A stretch of DNA of 64,000 nucleotides from Octopus vulgaris. Taxonomy: Eukaryota. The first letter of the stretch is position 1; every line of letters begins with the position of its first letter. The notes under the pieces are model-generated. The model had not been told where the DNA came from and made no database searches. It was given only the letters and a program-made list of their open reading frames with translations. The stretch lies in the NCBI GenBank assembly GCA_951406725.2, contig OX597840.1, positions 3,348,001-3,412,000 on the forward strand. Reading direction: 5' to 3'. Positions 55,261 to 64,000 of this stretch are shown piece after piece. The position numbers and the translations under genes were made by a program.

Positions 55261-55826
55261 TATATATGTCTCTCCGTCAGTGTGTGTTTGTCTCTATAAC
55301 TTAAGTATGTATATGTGTGTATATGCGTGTTTCTCTATATCTGTCTCGATCTATGAACATATACGTATGCGTATGTGCGTATATGCGTATATCTTTGTGT
55401 CTTCCTGTCATCCTCTTTGTATGTGCTTGTATGTCTATATAGCCGTATGTATACTCGCATGCGTATATGCGTATATGTTTCAGATTTCTATCTACCCCTT
55501 GTGTCTACGGGTGAGTAAGTGTACATATGCACCCCTGTATGTATATAAAATGTGTGTGTGAATTTGTATTGTGTGTGCTGTAGCTATGATCGCTTAGATT
55601 TATCTCCGCCTGTTTGTGACTCTGCTTGTGTGTGTGTTGACTGTGTGTGTGTGTGTGTGTGTGTCTTGGCTGTGTATGTGTTTCTGCGCTATTGTTATCT
55701 GCAAATGTATGTGTTTAGGAGGTATCGACATGTCTGGGTACGGATCTATTGGTGTCTGCTTTCTCTACCTGTCTGTCTCTTCTTTCCCTCTTTCTTTCAC
55801 TCTTTTTCTCTCCTCCTTCTCTCTCC

Positions 55827-55906
<80 letters not shown>

Positions 55907-56924
55907 CTTGTGTGAACGTCTGTGTGAATGTGGATATATGCATGTGTATATATATATATATGAATATATAAAATGTTTATATTTACACATACATATGTAT
56001 GTATGTATGTATAGGTTAGAGGATGTGTGTCAGTGTAAATGTGAATACAGGGGGGGAGTGGGTGAGGTAGGGTGGAGCAAATAAACAATACCGACGATTG
56101 GAACAATAACATACACGCAAAAAAACAACAACACCAACAAAAACAACCACAACAACAACAACACCGAACCCCATTTTGTTGTTGTTGTTGTTGTTGTTGT
56201 TGTGTTTTCTCCAAAAAAAAATCTGTAGCAACACAACAGTAACAACCTTACCAACAAGAGGAAGAACAATAAATAAATAAATAAATAAACCAGAATACAA
56301 GAACATCAAAAATAATACAGACAAAAAGACAAACAAACAAAACACATCAGCCGCACCGACAACAACCGACAGCAACAACAACAATAATAACAACAACAAC
56401 AACATCAATATTACAACAGCCATAACAACAGCACAAGACTTTTTCGTAACAGTATTACTTGTTGCCTGTTTGCTCGGCCGCTGTTCAAGCTATTTACTCT
56501 TACTTCCTATTTACTCCCTCTTCCTATTTTTAGTTTAGATCAAGAAAGCCACCATTTTGTTCTTGATTTTCGTTTCGCTTTCGCTTTCGCGTATGTTTCT
56601 TTCCTGAAAATTCTTCCACTCCTTTCCTCCAGTCATTTATTCTTTCTTTCTTTCTTTCCTTCTTTCTTTCGTTCCTACCTTCTTTCTTTCCTTCTTTCTG
56701 TCTTTCTTTCTCTTTTTTTTTTTTCAATCTAAATTATTTACCTTCTTTTCTTTTCCCCTTCTCCTTTTTACTTCCCGTTCTTTCCTCCGTTTTCTCTTAT
56801 CTTCTTTGTGTGTGACTTTCATGCTTTCTATTCCGAAGGCTTGTCTTAACATCTTTTCTTACATTTTGTTTTCTCTCCCCCCATCCTGCTACTACCTGTA
56901 TTTTCGCATTTTTTTTTAGTATTT

Positions 56925-57029
<105 letters not shown>

Positions 57030-57083
57030 CACACATATATATATATGTTAGTTTCGAATTAAAGTTTCGATTATTATTTGATA

Positions 57084-57130
<47 letters not shown>

Positions 57131-57410
57131 GTTGTTGTTGTTGTTGTTGTTGTTATGATGTTATTCGTTTATGTTTTGTTCAAATTTCATTATCCGTGAG
57201 TTTTTGCGTATTTTTGTGTGGCGAGGGATATTCCCCTCATCGCTACCCCTCCAAACACACACACCTTTCCAATCTCTAATGCTTACCGTTTCCTTGCATA
57301 CATGTTTATTGTTGTTGTTACTTTCTTCCTCTATTTTCCTTTTTGCGCCATCCCAAAATGCTACCTCTCCTTAAAGTTGTTATATGAGCAAACGTCAATA
57401 TATGTATGCG

Positions 57411-57511
<101 letters not shown>

Positions 57512-57738
57512 GGTGTGCGTATGAATTCGTCAGACACAATATCTGTGTGTGTATATCTATGTTTAGGAGTACATATATAGATACACTCATACATTTGAAA
57601 ATTGAAACAATGTGTGTGAACAAATATTTCAACCTCTCCTCTCATCTATCCCGCTGTCTGTCTGTCTGTCTCTTTCTTTCCCTTTTTCTCTCTCTTTCTC
57701 TCCCTCTCTTTCCATATATATATTTGTGTGTGTGTATG

Positions 57739-57770
<32 letters not shown>

Positions 57771-58005
57771 CTTGTATCCTCTGTGTGTGGTTCTCTGATT
57801 CAATTTTCTATATTTATATTTGTCTGTATTCACATACACACACATACAGAGACACACAGACGCACACACCTACATATGTATCTGTGTGCGTGCCTGTCTG
57901 TTTGTCTGATTATATAATGAATATACTTATATATATATGTACATACATACATACGTACATTTATACGTATATATATGCATTTATATTTATATACATATAT
58001 ATATC

Positions 58006-58070
<65 letters not shown>

Positions 58071-58409
58071 CTATATATATAAATGTAAATGCTTATAAAT
58101 ATATGCATATAGATATGTGTGTGTCTGTGTGTTTTCGTACAGGTATATATAATCTAATCATAATTGCAAAACAACAGTAGAATAAAAGCATTTTGTCTTG
58201 CGGACTTTCTTCGTCTCTGTGACATTAAAACACAAGAATATTCGAATAAAGTATAAACAATGACTGCGATTGAGGGGAGATGATGTTAGCTTTGAATGTA
58301 CTGTGGTTGCGTACGGGCTAAATAGCGCTCCAGGCTCATGTGATGTTCAATAAAAATTTATTTATTTACTTTAGATCGACATTCAGGTATTCTGATTTTG
58401 TAGTATATA

Positions 58410-58512
58410 ATAATGGTGGTGATGATGATGAGGATGGTGATGATGATGGCAGTGATGATGTATGATGATGGTGATGATGATAATAATAATGACAATAATA
58501 ATAATAATAATG

Positions 58513-58604
<92 letters not shown>

Positions 58605-58664
58605 GAAGAAGAAGAAGAAGAAGAAGAAGAAGAAGAGGAGGAAGAAGAAGAAGAAGAAGAAGAA

Positions 58665-58711
<47 letters not shown>

Positions 58712-58895
58712 AGAAGAAGAAGAAGAAGAAGAAGAAGAAGGAGGAGGAGGAGAAGAAGATGGAGGAGGAGGAGAAGAAGAAGAAGAAGAAGAAGAAGAAG
58801 AGGAAAGTGAAGAAGAAGAAGAAGAATTGGAAGAAGAAGAAGAAGAAGAAGAAGAAGAAGAAGAAGAAGAAGAAGAAGAAGAAGAAGAAGAATGA
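58410..58895 (+). repeat. Compound (GAT)n-(AAT)n-(GAT)n-(GAA)n microsatellite
   Basis: Direct reading. Confidence 0.97.
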
Positions 58896-59002
58896 TTTCA
58901 TTTACTTACCACCGGGGCGAAGGATGAGGGGGAAAATCATAACTGGACGTAGATTACGACTTGTAAAAATACTTAAGATAAAAATAACGATATTATTTGT
59001 AG

Positions 59003-59043
<41 letters not shown>

Positions 59044-59057
59044 TTAATAATAATAAC

Positions 59058-59105
<48 letters not shown>

Positions 59106-59603
59106 TCAAAGTGACTAAAAGATAGATGCAAATAGGCTAGACATCATATTGAAAGACTTCAGACAAAATTCATGCCTCCTCATTGATATGACTGTCCCAA
59201 TCGATATAAACGTATGTGTCAAGAGCTACGAAAAACTGAAGAAGTATAAAGATCTTGAAATAGAAATTAGGAAAATGTGGAACCTGAAGACTAAAACAAT
59301 ACCTGTTGTCATAGTTGCCCTAGGAATGATATCAAAAGGGGCTGATTGCTAACTAGTTCAGATAATGCTCATGGAAACTGCCCATATCCTACGTTAAATA
59401 CTGTCTATGTAATCTCAAATTTTAAAACAAACACATAATTTTTTTATGGTTTCTTAAACATTCTCTAGAACAACACTATGTACAAAAAACCAAATATATG
59501 GTACCCTAGACATAGCACCAACATGAACTTCTAACTTGTCTCTTTATGTCTCTGGCTGTGATTTGGTGCCAACTTGTACAAATGCAAAGGAAAAGTCAAA
59601 CAT
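59106..59603 (+). mobile_element. R4/Dong-clade non-LTR retrotransposon 3' fragment (restriction-like endonuclease) inserted in (TAA)n
   Basis: Translation ANRLDIILKD..CLLIDMTVP..K..EKLKKYKDL..EIRKMW..IPVVIVALG matches the RPD..D..K..KY REL motif. It contains stops, and (AAT)n lies on both sides. Confidence 0.88.
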
Positions 59604-59617
59604 AAAATAATAATAAC

Positions 59618-59691
<74 letters not shown>

Positions 59692-59701
59692 TAATAAGAG
59701 C

Positions 59702-59787
<86 letters not shown>

Positions 59788-59955
59788 TGATGATGATTAC
59801 TGTGATCCTTTCTACTCAAAGCGTTTACAACCTTCTACGTCAATAAACAACTATTGTTCCTGAATGTTGTTTTAATACCAAACTTACTAGCTTCCTACAC
59901 CTTGATCCTTGGACCTTACCATTACATATTATATCTCTATATATATATATACATA

Positions 59956-60119
59956 GGCGAAGGAGTGAGTGTGTGGGATTTAGCTTGCTTACCAGCCACA
60001 TGTTTCCGCGTTCAATCCCAATGCGTGGAACCTTAGACGTCTCAGAGCGACCAAAGCCTTGTGAGTGGGCTTGGAGAACGGAAACTGAAAGCCTGTTGTA
60101 TGTATATGTGTGTGTGTTT

Positions 60120-60166
<47 letters not shown>

Positions 60167-60342
60167 TTTCCTCCCCTCACCATCGCTTGGCAACCGAAGT
60201 TGTTGTTTTCGGTAAAAGAGACCGATAGAGTAAGTACTAGGCTTACAAAGAGTAAGACCTGGGTTCGATTTTTTTCGATTAAAGACGTTGCTCCAGCATG
60301 GCCGCAGTGAAATAACTGAAACAAATAAAAGAATAAAAGAAT
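59956..60342 (+). mobile_element. SINE family A
   Basis: Collinear with 53897-54280. Confidence 0.88.
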
Positions 60343-61382
60343 ATATATATACAGTTGGAATTTTCAAAAGAAAAACAAAACAAAAGACGAAGACGAGTGT
60401 GTAATACAACAAACAGATGTATTAGTTAAATGCTCTGGAAGTGAGAACGTCTTTTACATTTCGAGCCTACGCTCATCAACAGAAAGGAACATAGATAAAT
60501 ATATTAAATTTAAGAATACAAATGTGCGTGTGAGTGCGTGCGTATAAATATTATATTGAAACATTATTGGATACATGGTTTATCTTTTTCCTGAAAACTT
60601 TTTCATGTTGCCTTTATTGGTCTACATTTAGTGTTAATCAATGATATTTCAAAATCCATTAACATTTCAAGACAAGAGTACAATTCTTGGCTTCATCTCA
60701 CAAATGAAGAGGTGACTGTTGGTGGTTGTTGCAGAATTGTTAGTTAGTGAGGGAACATGACCATAACATCATATCCTTAGAAAATCATCATAGGCGTCAT
60801 TAATTATTTCACATGTTCTGTTTGTGTTGATCCGAGAGTTTAGTTTTGATCTTAATGCCATCATGGATATTTTAGACTTTAGTATAAACTGATAGTCTAA
60901 TGAATGAATATGTTTTCCGTTTTGTTACATCAATATTTATTTCGTGTTCTGTTTTATTATACGTTGTAACAGTTCGTTTTGTAAATCCGGCGTTGGCTAT
61001 TTTCACATTTACAATAACATTCCCATAGTGACTTGTTGCCTTACGCACAACGCAGCAAATTTCGAACTTAATATTTCATAAATAAAATCAAAGCTAGAAG
61101 GTCTTGAAACATTAATGAAGTTAGCAATGTTATGATCGCACATCAACGTATTAAACAGAGAGTTTATATCACAAACTACGGAAAAAACACATCAATGTAA
61201 GCCATTATATATGAACCTAGAATTTCTTTCCATTATAACACCACTGAAAAGAAAATATCCTACTCTATACAAAGAGATGCAAACATATATATATAAATAT
61301 ATACATACATTTATATACGTGTGCGTGAGAGAGAGAGACCACGTATGTGCGTATATATGTGTACACACACACACAGACACAC

Positions 61383-61493
<111 letters not shown>

Positions 61494-61696
61494 AATATTT
61501 GTATGTGTGTATTAGTTTATGGTAAACTGATTAAGCCTTTTATCTATTCAAGTTATGTAGAGTCGTCAGTGTTCTTTCATTTGGAAAACAAAATTTTGAT
61601 GATACTTTTTATTGTAGCCTGAACGGAAGCACATAAGCTAAAAACTCCTAAACGTTCCGGTAGAACGAAATTATATATATATATATATATATACAT

Positions 61697-61745
<49 letters not shown>

Positions 61746-61802
61746 TGTATCTTTACAAACAAATATATATACATATATGCGTGGGGGTGTAAATGTATAT
61801 AT

Positions 61803-61970
61803 TCTTTTATTCTTTTTTCTGTTTCATTTGACTGCAGCGATGCTGGGGCAACGCCTTGGGGAAATTAAATCGAACTAATCGACCATGGTACTTATTCTAT
61901 CAGTGCCTTTTGCCGAAACGCTAAGTTATGGGGACATATACACTCCAACACTGGAGACAAGCACTGACAA

Positions 61971-62013
<43 letters not shown>

Positions 62014-62190
62014 CACAGACATAAGACAGGCTTTTTACAATTTCTATTTACCAAATCCACACATAAGACGTAGGTCGATTCTAGGCTATAATAGAAGGCA
62101 CTACTTCAGACTGGGACTGAAACCGGAACCATGTAGCTGGGAACCATGTAGCTGGGAACCATGCTTCTTACCGCACAGCCACCCCTGCGC
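61803..62190 (-). mobile_element. SINE family A, degenerate, with an internal 15-bp tandem repeat (gaaccatgtagctgg)
   Basis: tttcatttgactgcagcgatgctgggg...gccgaaacgctaagtta...accaaatccac...gggactgaaacc. Confidence 0.78.
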
Positions 62191-62583
62191 GAATCTATAT
62201 TACACACACACACACACACATATATATAGATATAGATATATATATACACGCATACGCGCACACTCACATATACACATATATATATGTATATTGCATAGAA
62301 GTATATAATATGTATGTGAGAAGATGTGATTAAGTGCTTAGAGTTTGGCACTCTCAATAATCGTATTGAGCGGTATTGTGTTCTTGAGCGAAGCACTTCA
62401 TCCCACGGTGCACCTGTCCACTTGGCTGCCAAAAATCAGCGGACTAGCGTTCCATCCGGAGGGATACATATACGCACCAGGAGCTAGAATAACAGCCCTA
62501 TGAGCCTATGACTTGGAAAAACATTTAATTATTTTTTCTGTTTTCCTTTTATTTTTGTTATATTGTAAATATAACCTATGCAA

Positions 62584-63053
62584 TCTCTCTCTATATAAAC
62601 GGCAGTTTGTCTGTCTGTGTGTCTGTGTGTCTGTCAGGTTGTACCCTCACCCTGACCACGGCTTTCAACCGATTCTGATGAAACTTGACACACTCATAGC
62701 CCAATGTTATAATTCAAAACTAACGCAGCGAAAATTTTGAAAAGTTCCCCCAGTTCTGAAAAAATCGATAAATTCGACATGGGGTCGAGAATCTAAGCTT
62801 TTCATATGCAACACACTTTCTGGGCTGTACGTGGGCTGTTCACGCGTTGGGAGGCGCAATGATGTTTTCATGTTTTCGCCCAAAGGGACAGCTAGGAACA
62901 TCGTATACACAGAAGTATTCGAGTGAAGAGAAGACATTGCAACCTACACATGCGCCTTCGTTCCCTAGAGGGAAAGGACTAGATTGGGTTGGGATTGGTC
63001 GTTGCCTACTAGGGGCTCTTACATACCCGGGCAACGCCGGGCTATGCTGATAG
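62584..63053 (+). mobile_element. Non-autonomous Helitron
   Basis: A|TC 5' end (tctctctctatataaa), then a (gtct)n stretch and caaccgattctgatgaaacttg. The subterminal GC hairpin is cccgggcaacgccggg and the 3' end is ATAG|T (one mismatch from CTAG). No target-site duplication. Confidence 0.78.
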
Positions 63054-63258
63054 TAGATATATTAACTAAATATGATTAGTTAAATTTAACTAATCATCCG
63101 TCGATTCATAACATAATAAACAGTCTTAATCTATCTACAGATATCTTAATCTACAGATAAATGTAGATATCAGAGATATCTACATTTATTCTCACCAATC
63201 ATAGGGAAATATGCTGCTAATCCGTTTATATACTCAACAAATCCAATATCTATCCATC

Positions 63259-63378
<120 letters not shown>

Positions 63379-63649
63379 TGTGTGTGTGTATATATATGTC
63401 GCGTCTCATGTTTGATCTTTGACCTCTGGCCGAAATCAGATCGCCATGTTGATTCGTTAGCTACTGCACGCATTTTTTTCTCTCCTTCTTTCTGTGTTTT
63501 TCTCTCTCTGTGTATCTTTCGATTGAAGAGCGTAGGCTCGAAACGTTAAAGACTCGTTTTATTTATATTTCCTGAGCGCCATACTAATACAATTGTTCGT
63601 TTGTTTTCCACCTGCCTTCGTCTTTTGTTTATTTTCATAAAGCTTCCCG

Positions 63650-63689
<40 letters not shown>

Positions 63690-63965
63690 GAGTTTGTGCA
63701 GATTTATGTGAGCGTCTGCATGTGTTTTCAAATAGCACATACATTTCATTGACACAAATATAATTCGTTGTAACTTTCTTATATTCGTTCAATACGCGAT
63801 GCATTTCATGCATTTCAAAACGATATTTAACTATATACACACACATGTGTGGGCGCGTGTATATGTGTGTACATATATGTATACATACTTATCTAATCAG
63901 CTACCTTTCTCTATCTATCTATCTATCTATCTATCTATTATCTATGTATTTATCTATATATGTAT

Positions 63966-64000
<35 letters not shown>

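Noticed and set aside
58375-58386. 12-nt plus-strand microexon ttag/ATCGACATTCAG/gtattc
   Set aside because: Weak donor, and too short to distinguish from chance without reads.

Overview
AT-rich animal genomic DNA saturated with microsatellites: (TA)n, (TATG)n, (GATA)n, (CA)n, (ATT)n, (CAT)n and (CTT)n. The SINE families and repeat density suggest an octopus (coleoid cephalopod); this is inferred from recognition, not from a database search. Almost every ORF in the supplied track is a microsatellite artefact, and no complete protein-coding gene, RNA gene or CRISPR array is supported. Mobile-element content: about four tRNA-derived SINE families, a decayed Tc1/mariner transposase, CR1 and R4/Dong LINE 3' ends, a non-autonomous Helitron, and Penelope-like remnants with minimal hammerhead-ribozyme-like motifs. 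The most interesting signals are: (1) five short unique islands on the minus strand, each behind a pyrimidine-rich 3' splice site (52.4, 37.7, 33.3, 31.7 and 15.6 kb), which may be alternative micro- or terminal exons of an unidentified gene entering from beyond base 64000; (2) several hammerhead-like motifs; (3) SINEs flanked by unusually long direct repeats; (4) two foldback structures; (5) a strictly 25-bp-periodic core-plus-spacer array and an old ~88-bp-periodic duplicated block; (6) a 1.7-kb tandem duplication that looks like an assembly artefact. All exon and regulatory calls are hypotheses.
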